A stretch of 61,594 nt of DNA, counting the filler. It is 9 parts of 9 records of this genome, joined end to end, with 100 filler letters (N's around TTAATTAATTAA, not from the genome) between each part and the next. Parts side by side here need not be neighbours in the genome. Positions count along the whole stretch, not along the records: positions 1 to 10,384 come from SRR31147125_145843; 8 more parts are not named here. One strand, given 5' to 3'. The translations under genes and the position numbers were made by a program. Shown here in pieces: positions 1 to 9,391 of this stretch (position 1 is the first letter of the stretch; every line of letters starts with the position of its first letter). Under the pieces are notes generated by a model, which was not told the origin of the DNA, did not search any database, and saw nothing but the letters and a program-made list of their open reading frames with translations.

Positions 1-405
1 CCCCCAAAGGGCCACACCCCTTTTGGCGATCATTCCGGAATAGAGATTTTTCCCGGATGCGGTACCGGCCCCGAATACCTGTTCCGGGTATCCCCATTGC
101 TGGCCGTGAATCCGGGTGACCAGAAGCTCGGCCATGTTCAGGGCTGCCACGGCCCGGTGCAGCTTGGGCTTGTCTGTGGCCACGACATAGGCCACAAAGG
201 TCACGGGCAGATCCTGCTCTCCGGTCCCCACGGGCTTCGGCTTGCCCGTGGCCAGGATGGCCACATAAACCGCAGGCGCCCGGCCGGACACCCGCTTGAT
301 TTCGTCTTTGTCGAACCGGCCGCCGTGGGACTCGCAGGTTCTAAGGCCCGGTATCCAGACCTTGATTTGGGCGGAAATTGCGTCAAGAAGGTCGTTTAAG
401 GTCAT
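1..405 (-). CDS. Mu-like gp37 (DUF1834-type) tail terminator/completion protein, 3' end runs off the window
   Basis: Not in the ORF track. Manual translation from ATG 405 (ATGA overlap with the upstream stop) gives MTLNDLLDAISAQIKVWIPGLRTCESHGGRFDKDEIKRVSGRAPAVYVAILATG...NLYSGMIAKRGVALWG. The H-G-RF and PAVYV motifs and the position after gp36/gpG fit gp37. Confidence 0.75.
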   Translation of the reverse strand, partial: MTLNDLLDAISAQIKVWIPGLRTCESHGGRFDKDEIKRVSGRAPAVYVAILATGKPKPVGTGEQDLPVTFVAYVVATDKPKLHRAVAALNMAELLVTRIHGQQWGYPEQVFGAGTASGKNLYSGMIAKRGVALWG

Positions 406-854
406 GCCGCCCCCTGTACCTGATCATCCAGCCAGTCATCCACCAGGGCCAGGATATCGTCCTCGTTTTCAGGGGACAGGCCAAGATAGGCGCGGGCAGG
501 GATATCAATCCCCACCTCTTCGCCGCCAAGCTGGTGGATGGCGCCGTAAATCAGATTAGTGCCCCAGACCACGGCATCCTCCTGCAGTTCATAGGTCATG
601 GAATCCAGCAGGCTGCCTTCCCCTTCCAAAAAGCTGTGGCCGCCGTGCCGGGTCGTTGCATAAGCCGGAGACCAGTCCACCCACTCATTGCCTTCCGGAT
701 CAGTCTTTTCCGACTCGATCCGTCGCCGGGTCTGGCTTTCTCCTTCGGACCCGATAAGATCCAGGAGGCTGTCCAGCTCCATGGCGGCCATACGTTCCAG
801 CCGCTTTGCAAGGCGTTCCATCTCCAGGTCGATGACAATGCCGACACTTGCCAT
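402..854 (-). CDS. Phage virion morphogenesis protein (Mu gpG/gp31, Phage_tail_S family)
   Basis: Motifs DPEGNEW, L..EGSLLDS, GTNLIYGAIHQLGG, IPARAYLGLS. Confidence 0.85.
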   Translation of the reverse strand: MASVGIVIDLEMERLAKRLERMAAMELDSLLDLIGSEGESQTRRRIESEKTDPEGNEWVDWSPAYATTRHGGHSFLEGEGSLLDSMTYELQEDAVVWGTNLIYGAIHQLGGEEVGIDIPARAYLGLSPENEDDILALVDDWLDDQVQGAA

Positions 855-1279
855 TACAGACCTGCCATGGTGTCGCGGGAGAACAGGCGCCCGGGGCCTG
901 ACACCACCACTCCGCCGCTGGGGGTGTCCTCGGTTTCCTCTATCCCCAGGGCCATGGTACCGGCGGCAATGCGTTCAAGGATCTTCACTGCATCCTCGTA
1001 CCGCTGCCGCCGCTCTTCCGTGTTGCCCAGGGCATCGGACACCATCCGGTAAAGGGCAATGTCAACGGAAAGGCGAACCAGCAGGGCGGGCGGCTCGGCG
1101 ATGGGCAGATTGTGTTTGACCGCCAGATAGGGATCAATCTCCTCTGCCGCATCATCCAGGGCCTTTTCAACGGCAGCCTCATCCACGATCTCCTCATCCT
1201 CGTTGTCCAGATCCGGGATCATGGGGAAGTTGACGTCGTTGTACCGGTCTTCAATGTCCTGCTGCGTAGCGTAGGCCAT
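854..1279 (-). CDS. Mu-like gp36 (DUF1320) head-tail adaptor
   Basis: MAYATQQDI...ALDDAAEEIDPYLA...LP...LSVDIALYRM...RYEDAVKILERIAAG. Confidence 0.88.
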   Translation of the reverse strand: MAYATQQDIEDRYNDVNFPMIPDLDNEDEEIVDEAAVEKALDDAAEEIDPYLAVKHNLPIAEPPALLVRLSVDIALYRMVSDALGNTEERRQRYEDAVKILERIAAGTMALGIEETEDTPSGGVVVSGPGRLFSRDTMAGL

Positions 1280-1284
1280 AAGGC

Positions 1285-1791
1285 TTATCCTTCAGTCTCC
1301 GCCTGGATGGCTTCCCAGGCCAGGTTCCGTTCATCCGCATCAACATCCCGGCCCAGAATCTTCTCCATGGCCTTGATGTCAGGGGCTCCCGATTTAATCG
1401 TATCCCCGGCAGCCACCACCTGGCGGGCAGCTTCCAGGACGTCCTGGGCCAGGGTCTCTGCCTCATCATCCACAACGGTTTCGGCCACCGCTGTATCGTT
1501 CTCAGGATCCACCGCATCTGCATCAGAATTTTCAATGGACACCTCCTCTTCCACGGGGGCTGAAGCCTCCTGGATTGACGTTTCTCCGGCTTCCTCGGCG
1601 CTTTCCTCCGGGATACTTTCTTCCGGGGCACTTTCCACCGGGACGATGGTCACTGACAGTTTGGGCTCGGCCATAAGGCGTTTCAGCTCATCTTCGCTAA
1701 ACCGGTCATCCGGCCATTCCGTCGGTGCTTTTGAATGGGGGATTCCACACCGGCGGAATCCCTCTTTGGTTGAGCTTATGAATACAGGCAT
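1285..1791 (-). CDS. Mu-like prophage HI1506-family protein with acidic linker
   Basis: N-terminal GFRRCGIPHS...FSEDELKRLMAEPKL domain, E/A-rich linker, small C-terminal helical domain; located after the capsid gene. Confidence 0.7.
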   Translation of the reverse strand: MPVFISSTKEGFRRCGIPHSKAPTEWPDDRFSEDELKRLMAEPKLSVTIVPVESAPEESIPEESAEEAGETSIQEASAPVEEEVSIENSDADAVDPENDTAVAETVVDDEAETLAQDVLEAARQVVAAGDTIKSGAPDIKAMEKILGRDVDADERNLAWEAIQAETEG

Positions 1792-1815
1792 GACGCTCCC
1801 TTCGCTTTTACGGGG

Positions 1816-2715
1816 TTAAATCCAGGCAGGAACCAGAAGATCAAGTTTGCCGTGGAGGGTGTTGGTCTCGCCGCCTTCGATGATTTCCTTGAGAGCCTCT
1901 TCAGCCGCCTTTTGTTGGCCGGAACGAGCCACCATCAGGTTGGGCCGGATCCCCAGGGGCTTGCCGCCATCAGCCTTAAAGTCCTGCATGGCCTCATAGG
2001 CCGCCCAGATATTGTCCGGGGTGGGCTCCGCCTTGGAGCAGATGGCCATCTGCCAGAAGCTGTAACCAGCGTTTGCCCGGCAGTCCACGCCGTAGTAGTA
2101 TTCCTTGGACATGAACACGTTGGTGTCGGTGGACTTGTCCATGCGGTCGAACTTCATGGGGCGCCGTTCCTGATAGATGAGGGGCTTGATGGCCCGGGTG
2201 CAGTCCAGGAGGAACCATGCGTCATAGGTGCCGTCAATGTAGTTGGCCACGGATTCTGCGGTGCCGGTGCCGTCTGCATTGGGATAGACCGGATGGTCCA
2301 CATCAAAGAAATACTGCTCATCGTAGCACTCCGTTGCCAGGCCAGCGTCCAGGAGTGGGAACACCATCTCGTCCGGGAACACCTCAGCCGCCCTGCCCAT
2401 TTCTTGGAACAAGGGAGCGTAAACGCCGATCTCGTCGTCTTCGATATCGTCCCGGTCCACGCCGATGGTGGAAACAAAGGGCTTGTTGGTGATGCTGTAG
2501 CCGGAAGCCTTCATCTGATTGATGGTTCTCTCTCCCACCCATTCCTCAAATGCGGGCCATTTGCCCAGCCATCCGTAGGTGGTGGACTTACCACTGCTGG
2601 GGATCTTGGTGGCGACCTTGAGGTACTCGGATTTGGCCATGGACTGGCCTTCCTGAAACTTCCTGCTGTATCCCACCATCAGGGACTGCAGGACGGCATC
2701 GGTTACAATCGTCAT
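1816..2715 (-). CDS. Mu-like major head subunit (gpT/gp34)
   Basis: YGWLGKWPAFEEWVGER, VDRDDIEDD, FFDVDHPV, KPLIYQERR, YGVDCRANAGYSFWQMA. Confidence 0.93.
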   Translation of the reverse strand: MTIVTDAVLQSLMVGYSRKFQEGQSMAKSEYLKVATKIPSSGKSTTYGWLGKWPAFEEWVGERTINQMKASGYSITNKPFVSTIGVDRDDIEDDEIGVYAPLFQEMGRAAEVFPDEMVFPLLDAGLATECYDEQYFFDVDHPVYPNADGTGTAESVANYIDGTYDAWFLLDCTRAIKPLIYQERRPMKFDRMDKSTDTNVFMSKEYYYGVDCRANAGYSFWQMAICSKAEPTPDNIWAAYEAMQDFKADGGKPLGIRPNLMVARSGQQKAAEEALKEIIEGGETNTLHGKLDLLVPAWI

Positions 2716-3713
2716 GAGGCCATCTCCTTTTTGGTTTTGAGGTAATCGTCTTCAACAATACCCAACTGCTGGCAGACATCCTTATCCTCGCTGGTCAGGG
2801 CACCCTTGGCCCGGTTCAGGTCCTTGTCGTCAAATTCGGTTTCCTCTCCCAGGACCGGGGCGGATTTAAGAAAATCCTTAAACCGGTCAAGACCGCCGCC
2901 GGTTTGGCACTGTGCCTTGTGGTAATCCTTGGAGCCCGGGGTGATCTTGCCGTCCTTTAACGCCTGGTTGATCGCCGTGTCGATCTCCTCTTCCAAGGCT
3001 TTGGCCTCCTGGTCCTTGAGCTTTTGTTCGGCATTGGCGGCCCGGGTTGTGGCCGCGTCATAGTCCGACCTGGGGACGAATTTGCCCAGGTCCGGCGTCT
3101 GCGCCCGGTTCTCCGCCTTGTCCAGGTCGGTTTTCAGGCCGTTGACCTTTTTAAGGGCCTGGTCTTCGGTTGTGCCCTCCGCAAGGCCTAATGCCTGGCA
3201 GATGGCCTTTAATAGATCCATACCTTTCTCCTTTGTCTTGGATGGTTCCGGTTGGTGAGCCTCACTGTTCAGGGCGGTCAGGTGCAGGTTGGGCTTGTTG
3301 GTCAGCCCGGCCGAATCAATGCCGATGATCCTGCGGTCCTTTTTGAGGAACACGATCACCGGGGACAGGTACCGGTAACGCCGGTTCTTGACGTCATCCC
3401 CGCCCCTGTCTGTCCATTCGATCCTGCCCCAGATCGCCCCGTCCCGGACTTCCATTTTCTGTATCCATCCGGCTGCCGGTGCAGGCTCCCCCTTGGGGGC
3501 CTTTTTTTCCGTGGCATGCTCCCAGTCGATTGGCAGGTCTGCACCGTTCTCCTGGAAGGCCGCCACCACCTGTTCCGGCGCCGGGTTGATCCACCTACGG
3601 CCGTCCCGCCCCTGAACAATGCCACCTGCCGGGATCAGCTCCACCCATTCGGGCAGGGAACCGTCTTCCGGCAGTTGAATGTTCAGGGCGATTTTCAGTT
3701 GGCTCTTTTCCAT
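2712..3713 (-). CDS. Mu-like prohead protease/scaffold (gpI/gp32); start probably ATG 3713 (alternative 3734)
   Basis: WVELIPAG, GRDGRRW, PIDWEHAT, PAPAAGWI, YRYLSPV, AGLTNKPNL, followed by a coiled-coil scaffold C-terminus. Confidence 0.9.
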   Translation of the reverse strand: MEKSQLKIALNIQLPEDGSLPEWVELIPAGGIVQGRDGRRWINPAPEQVVAAFQENGADLPIDWEHATEKKAPKGEPAPAAGWIQKMEVRDGAIWGRIEWTDRGGDDVKNRRYRYLSPVIVFLKKDRRIIGIDSAGLTNKPNLHLTALNSEAHQPEPSKTKEKGMDLLKAICQALGLAEGTTEDQALKKVNGLKTDLDKAENRAQTPDLGKFVPRSDYDAATTRAANAEQKLKDQEAKALEEEIDTAINQALKDGKITPGSKDYHKAQCQTGGGLDRFKDFLKSAPVLGEETEFDDKDLNRAKGALTSEDKDVCQQLGIVEDDYLKTKKEMAS

Positions 3714-3936
3714 GGAGCTGAAACTATCAGGCATGGGAGATCAGGTGGGTTTCAAGCATTTGAAAAGGAGTACCCGGGGATTTTTAGAGGGAGGTTGCCT
3801 ATTGCGGATAGAAATCCTGTTCAGATTCCTGAAACATGGGGCTTAAAATCGTTTTTAAGGGCAAAACAAGGCAAAAGGCGGGGGAATGTATATGGCATTG
3901 GCTGTACGGCTTAATTTAGGGCCTGTTTCGCGATTG

Positions 3937-4748
3937 CTATTCCCAGGCCTTTTTTGCGGCACTGGCATCGTTCTTATCAGCGGATTTCATTTTACTGTCC
4001 AGAACGGCCTCCAGATTCTTGGTCCTGGCCAGTCCGGGATTATAATCCCAGCCCGGGTCAATCCCCTGGGCCACAAAAACAGTCTCTCCGGTCCGCTTGT
4101 TTTTCCATTTGTGCATCTGGATCACTGGATCGGCACTGACGCCGCCGAGGCGCTCAGCCTCCCGCTTGCTGATCTGCCGGACCCGGCACTTGCATCCCCA
4201 GCCGTTTGGCGGATAGTGGGTTTTCCAAAAGAATGATCAACGGGCAGGACAAGACCGTTCCAGGACAGATGCAGTTCCCGGTGGACCCGGGACGGCCCCA
4301 CCGAATAAACCAAAAAGGGCCGCAGTTTTTTGGTTCGCTGAATCCGGTCCCATTGCCCGGCGGCCCGGGCGGTTTTCATATTGACCCTGTAGATGGTCTT
4401 TAGCCGCCTGGGGGATCCCAGCCGGGCCGCGACCATCTCCCCGGTTTTCGGATCCTGGATTTCCTTGATCCCCCACCAGCCTTTTTTTTGCAGGATGGGG
4501 GTGAGGTTTTTCCGGAACTGGGCAAAGGTCTGCCCCTCTTCCAGAGCCTGGTCAACCGCCGCCCGGATATCGGAGAGCAGATCCAGCTCCGTGGCCTTGG
4601 CAACGGTAAAGGCGTTGGCATGTTCCGCCTTCCACACGTCCCGGTAGTCAAAGCCGATCTGAAACCCCTTGGCCCGGAAATACTCCAGGGCCTCCTTGGG
4701 TATCGGCCCTGGGTGATACCCACGTGTACCCGTCAGTGGATCAGTCAT
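3937..4748 (-). CDS. Mu-like head morphogenesis protein gpF/gp30, split by a 1-nt frameshift near 4227-4230
   Basis: AFTVAKA, RRLKTIYRVN. Adding one T restores DHSFWKTHYPPNGWGCKCRVRQ...GIDPGWDYNPG across ORFs 4122-4757 and 3937-4125. Confidence 0.85.
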
Positions 4749-6291
4749 CCGTGGCATCTCCCATGCCCCTGGCCTTGAACGTGGCCCGGGCCAGTTTTTT
4801 GATCAGCTCCTCCGGGCTCATCTCCTCCAGAAGGCCGGGCAGCCCGGCCAGGAAATCCTCATAGGTTTCCACCCGGTCCGCCAGATCCGTTACCGGATCA
4901 ATGACCGGCGCCATGACCGGCTCCCAGTCCGCTGCGGCTTCCTCGGCCAGATCGTCAAGCGGATCCAAATCCGCCCCGGCCCGGTTCGCTGCCGTGGCCG
5001 TCTGCCGGTTGGGTTCTGCAGCCGCAGGCGCTTCCGGGTCCGGCATTACTTCCAAGAGTTCATCCCCCTCCTTGGGATCCGGGATGCCGAATTTCTTACG
5101 CGCCCAGGAGGCAGGGGCCTTGATCCCCTTGGGAACCAACTTGTCCAGGACATATGCCAGGGCCTTTAAATCCTCCGGCTCCGGCACCGGGATCCGGACC
5201 CGGGGGTACCGCTCCTGGACACCGTAATTGATATCCACAAATGGGCGTACCAGGTCCCGGTTCCATGTATTGGCCAGGGCTTTGGCATCGGATTTTTTAA
5301 TATCCTGCCGGACATCGTCCTGGATATCGTCTCCCCCCAGTTTGCCCGGGGTGCCCTCAGTGCTGGCCACCTGGCCCAGGACCGCCTTGGAGACCTGGCG
5401 GTCCAGCCAGTCCGCCAGGCCTTGGAAAAGCTTTTCCCCGCCTGTGGCCCGGGCGGCTTCGATAAACTCGATCCGCATATTGTCCGGCAGCACGGCAGCC
5501 GCATCGCTGCCGATATTGGCCACGGCCTTGATCAGGGTTTCAATGTCTTTGGGCAGGGCGCCGGGCTTGTGGCGGCCGATGCGCAGCGGCATGCCGAACA
5601 CCTCTGCAAAAGCCATCCAGTCCTTAAGGGTGTAGGACTTGCACATATAGGAGACAGCGGCCAGGCGGGCCAGACCGCCCCGGATGGGCAGGCCGGATTT
5701 CAGCTTTGGAATGTGGATGATGAATTTATAGGGCGCCAGGGGCAGGCCGTTGTGGTGGCTTTCATCTGCCAGGCGCAGGGTGGAGCCGTCATTCTCGTCG
5801 AAAACGAAAAATCGGGGATCCCGCCATTTGTATCTTGGGGTCCAGACGTCCCCGGTCTGCCAGACGGACTCCACCACAGAATATCCCTTACCCAGGCCGT
5901 CCAGAAGATCGGTCCCTGCATCTTCAAATTCCGGCTTACGGGTCAGCTCCCGGACCGCATCTGCAATCTCCTTGTCTTTCTTCTCATCGGAGGCCGCCTC
6001 CACCACCACGTCCAGGCTGGATATGGCCCTTTTCCGTGTGCCCAGAACACTGCCGTAATGGGGCTCCCGCTCCTCCATCTCCTCGGCCAGGGTCAGGTAG
6101 GCATAGGTGTTTCCCTCGGCCGCATCCCGCAGGATGGTGGCAAGGCGTTCCGGGGCAAGGCCGTCCGCCGCAGATCCATAGCCCCATACAGACCGGATCC
6201 CGGTCAGGGTCGGGGCGGCCACCTCCTGGGTCAATTGTTTCTTTGGCTGCAACCTTCCATCAGGCCCGTAAAGGCGAACCTCATCGTTCAT
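4741..6291 (-). CDS. Mu-like portal protein gp29 (DUF935)
   Basis: LAEEMEER.PH...LGTRKRAI, KGYSVVE..W, DWMAFAEVFGMPLRIG, QVSKAVLGQ. Confidence 0.92.
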   Translation of the reverse strand: MNDEVRLYGPDGRLQPKKQLTQEVAAPTLTGIRSVWGYGSAADGLAPERLATILRDAAEGNTYAYLTLAEEMEEREPHYGSVLGTRKRAISSLDVVVEAASDEKKDKEIADAVRELTRKPEFEDAGTDLLDGLGKGYSVVESVWQTGDVWTPRYKWRDPRFFVFDENDGSTLRLADESHHNGLPLAPYKFIIHIPKLKSGLPIRGGLARLAAVSYMCKSYTLKDWMAFAEVFGMPLRIGRHKPGALPKDIETLIKAVANIGSDAAAVLPDNMRIEFIEAARATGGEKLFQGLADWLDRQVSKAVLGQVASTEGTPGKLGGDDIQDDVRQDIKKSDAKALANTWNRDLVRPFVDINYGVQERYPRVRIPVPEPEDLKALAYVLDKLVPKGIKAPASWARKKFGIPDPKEGDELLEVMPDPEAPAAAEPNRQTATAANRAGADLDPLDDLAEEAAADWEPVMAPVIDPVTDLADRVETYEDFLAGLPGLLEEMSPEELIKKLARATFKARGMGDATDD

Positions 6292-7946
6292 AAAATACCT
6301 CCTCTCCGGCCGAAGCCTGCGGTGATCCGCACGGGCCTGGCTATGGCATCGTCATCAGGCCCGGCAGCCGGTTTCACCGGGATATAGCCAAAGGATTCCA
6401 CATCCATCCCGGATGCGAACCAGGCCAGGGCCAGGGCAATGGCAGCATCACCGTGGCGTTTCAGGCTGGAATCCTTGGTATCTGACTCTCTGAGTTTGGG
6501 CAGCTTGATAATCCCGTCAATGCGCTCCAGCGCCCGGACATCGTTCTTGATATCCGCGTCCTTTCCCAGCTCAATGGTCCGGTCTTCAAATGCCTGGACA
6601 AATGGCTCCATATTTTCCCGGTACCAGACATCGTTGAGCTTGACCATGTTGATCACGTCATACCCGAATTCGTCTGCCGTATATTCGGCAATGGTAAAGC
6701 CGTTGCCCGTGGCGTCCATGGCCCCGCACCGGAACCGGGGCAGGTTCCGGATGATATGGAAGATGATCTGCTGCTGGTGGCGGGTTGGGACATTGTGCAT
6801 CTCCAAGATCCAGGGCACGGTCCGGGTCAGGTTCTGCCGGATGGCCATGGGCAGGGTCACTGCAAAATCACAGTACCGGGAATAGTCGGATCCCAATACA
6901 TGTTCCAGGTCAGGGTCCAGCATTTCCAGGAGGGGATCGATGTGGATCCGGATCCACTCTTCCATCCAGGAGTCCCGCTCGGCCAGTTCCAGAAGCAGGA
7001 AGGAATCATCCATGGCCAGGCGGACCACCGGCCGCTCCTCCGGCATGCAGGCCTCCACCAGGACGCCGGGTATGGCCACGCCGTCCCCTTCTCTGGGGAT
7101 GGCGTCCAGCTCCTCCAGCATGGCTGCCTTGCGGGTGCCGTATGATTTGCGGACCCGCTCGTACCATTCCTTTTTGCCTTCCTCAGTGGGCGTCCATCCC
7201 TTAACCATGCAGACCCGTTCGTACAGCCCGTTTTTAACGGCGTCGTCAAAGGTCACACGGAAAATTTTAAATGCATATAGCCCGGCTCGGGTATCCAGAA
7301 TAAGCTGGTTAAAAGAATTTTTGGCCCCGTTATGGGTGGAGATAATCCGGATCCGGCCGCCCCAGATGACAAGGGCCAGGCATGCCTCGATCACTGCCCC
7401 CACGTTGAGGTGAAAAGCAGCTTCGTCAATGGTGACAATGCCTTGGAGACCCCTGATATTGGCGGGATTTGATGAAAGGGCCACCTGCTGGAATCCCGAG
7501 GCATACCGGATCCGGTATGCTGTGATCTGGCGGGTGTGCCAGGTATCCCCCTCCTTGTATTGATCCTCGAACAAAAAGACTTCAATACCGCTCCAGCCTT
7601 CGGCCATTGCCGAGGCCATGACCCTGGCCATATGAGCCGCAACGCCAATGTACTCCAGGCCCTTTTCCTTTGTGTCCGGGATGTAAAAACAATTATCCCC
7701 ACCGGCTGCCCGGTTGGAGGATGCAGTGATGGCATCGTCCAGGGCCGTGGCATAAGTAATGCCGGTCCGCCGACCTTTCTCTCCAATGTTCAGAGGCTCT
7801 TCGTGGATCTGCTTAATCCATTGGGCCTGGTGGGCCATGAGGATGCCGTCTTTCAGAGGATTGAGGTCCTTGGGTATCTCACGGACAGAGGCGGGCAGTT
7901 CTTCCCAGCTCAAGACCCGTATGGTATCGCCTGGCAGCGTCGTCAT
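6288..7946 (-). CDS. Mu-like terminase large subunit gp28
   Basis: EKGRRTGITYA Walker A-like motif, RGLQG..TIDEAAFH, IISTHNG, MDATGNG, HGDAAIALALA nuclease motif. Confidence 0.92.
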   Translation of the reverse strand: MTTLPGDTIRVLSWEELPASVREIPKDLNPLKDGILMAHQAQWIKQIHEEPLNIGEKGRRTGITYATALDDAITASSNRAAGGDNCFYIPDTKEKGLEYIGVAAHMARVMASAMAEGWSGIEVFLFEDQYKEGDTWHTRQITAYRIRYASGFQQVALSSNPANIRGLQGIVTIDEAAFHLNVGAVIEACLALVIWGGRIRIISTHNGAKNSFNQLILDTRAGLYAFKIFRVTFDDAVKNGLYERVCMVKGWTPTEEGKKEWYERVRKSYGTRKAAMLEELDAIPREGDGVAIPGVLVEACMPEERPVVRLAMDDSFLLLELAERDSWMEEWIRIHIDPLLEMLDPDLEHVLGSDYSRYCDFAVTLPMAIRQNLTRTVPWILEMHNVPTRHQQQIIFHIIRNLPRFRCGAMDATGNGFTIAEYTADEFGYDVINMVKLNDVWYRENMEPFVQAFEDRTIELGKDADIKNDVRALERIDGIIKLPKLRESDTKDSSLKRHGDAAIALALAWFASGMDVESFGYIPVKPAAGPDDDAIARPVRITAGFGRRGGIL

Positions 7947-8518
7947 TTGATTCCCAAAATCTTTTCACGCCAGAGCTGGGCCTGATCTTCGGTCATACCG
8001 GACTGGACTGCGGTTTCCTCCACGGTTTCGGCGGCCTCTTCTAATACCTGCTGCCGAACCTGCTGCTCCCGTTCCAAGCTGATCTTGCTGGCCCGTTCAA
8101 TCCGCTGGGTCACCAGGGCCAGCTTGTTCAGGGTGGCCACGTCAATGGGATTGCCGTCCCCGTTTTCTCCGTTCATGACGATGTCAAAGGTCAGGGTCTT
8201 GATCAGCTCGGTTACGGCCCGGCCAAGATCGGTTCCTTTCTGCTCTGACAACCCGCCCACCAGGGCATCGGCCGCCTCCCGGGCCTGCCGCATCATGGCC
8301 CCTTTTTCCTCAATCTGCATGGAGTAGCGGTTTACAGCGCTTCTGGACAGAGGTTTCTTCCCCCGGTCCTCCAGCAGGGCGTTGATCTCTTCCCGGATCT
8401 GCTGCTGGGTCAACCGGCGGTCCCGAAGGGCATCATTAAGCCGGATGCGAATATCATCCGGCAGCAGATCAATACTGGACCGCCTGCCACGGCCCTGGCG
8501 TTTTTCCTTGGCGGCCAT
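7943..8518 (-). CDS. Mu-like gp27 (DUF3486), putative small terminase
   Basis: GRRSSIDLLPDDIR...LSRSAVNRY; lies directly upstream of gp28. Confidence 0.85.
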   Translation of the reverse strand: MAAKEKRQGRGRRSSIDLLPDDIRIRLNDALRDRRLTQQQIREEINALLEDRGKKPLSRSAVNRYSMQIEEKGAMMRQAREAADALVGGLSEQKGTDLGRAVTELIKTLTFDIVMNGENGDGNPIDVATLNKLALVTQRIERASKISLEREQQVRQQVLEEAAETVEETAVQSGMTEDQAQLWREKILGIK

Positions 8519-8520
8519 AG

Positions 8521-8820
8521 TCAGCTCCCGGCCGAGGGGCGTTTGACACCGGGGACTGTAATACGGCCCCTGGCCGCTTCCTCTCCCCGGAGGGTCAGCG
8601 TTGCAATGATCAGCTTGTCTTTTCCGTCCGTCTCCACCAGGCCCTGCTCTTTGAGCCAGAACAACTCCGTCCGGGTCTTGTCCCGGCTTGGGATAACCGC
8701 GTAAACCTCTGATAGATCCGTGATCATGGAATCATTGGAGGTGTAGCCGGGGCTTTCCAGGAGGATCCGCAGGATGGTGATCCGAAGATGGCCACGGATA
8801 ATATCATCGTACTTGCTCAT
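8521..8820 (-). CDS. Mu-like gp26 (winged-helix-like)
   Basis: RITILRIL...SND...L.WLKEQGLV...ATLTLRGEEAARG...VPGVKRP. Confidence 0.8.
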   Translation of the reverse strand: MSKYDDIIRGHLRITILRILLESPGYTSNDSMITDLSEVYAVIPSRDKTRTELFWLKEQGLVETDGKDKLIIATLTLRGEEAARGRITVPGVKRPSAGS

Positions 8821-9185
8821 GCCTTGTCTCCCTTGTTTAAAAGATATTCGTGGGCGATGTTCCAGGAATTAATGGCCGTGTCCAGCTTGCCGGTCATGTT
8901 GTCCACCTGACTGGCCATCCCGTTGACCCGGTCATACAGGGCGGCCAGTTCATCTTTTGTGATGATGCTGTTCTCCAGGGCCGTGACCCGGTTGTCTATG
9001 TCGTGGACGGAATTTCGGATGTCTTTTACATCAATATCCACGGACTCCTTGACCTTTTCCACATCCTTTTCCGTGGCCTTGGCCCGGTTGCTGATGTAAA
9101 CGTAAAGGGCCACGAGACCGGCCACAATGTACTGCCCAAGATCCAGATAAAACCGCCAGACGGAATAGTCTGTTTTCGGGGTCAC
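8817..9185 (-). CDS. Mu-like gp25 (DUF2730-like), single TM plus coiled coil
   Basis: N-terminal hydrophobic segment, RVTALE coiled coil, C-terminal EYLLN; position upstream of gp26. Confidence 0.6.
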   Translation of the reverse strand: MTPKTDYSVWRFYLDLGQYIVAGLVALYVYISNRAKATEKDVEKVKESVDIDVKDIRNSVHDIDNRVTALENSIITKDELAALYDRVNGMASQVDNMTGKLDTAINSWNIAHEYLLNKGDKA

Positions 9186-9391
9186 AAGACGCTCCTTTCA
9201 AGTTCTGATGCACATTCAACGCACCGGGTGCAGCCCGGCATGGCTTTGCGCCTGCCTTCCGGGATGGGTTCTCCGCAGTCCTCGCAAAGGGTTTTTGAAA
9301 CGGTTCCGGCAGGGATCTGCCTGCGGCATCCTGCCAGAGACGCTTTCATGTATTGTTCAGTCATCCGGCGCCCCAAATCACCTTCGTCCAT
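9182..9391 (-). CDS. TraR/DksA C4 zinc-finger protein (69 aa)
   Basis: MDEGD...CEDCGEPIPEGRRKAMPGCTRCVEC; start overlaps the upstream stop (TGATG). Confidence 0.88.
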   Translation of the reverse strand: MDEGDLGRRMTEQYMKASLAGCRRQIPAGTVSKTLCEDCGEPIPEGRRKAMPGCTRCVECASELERSVL

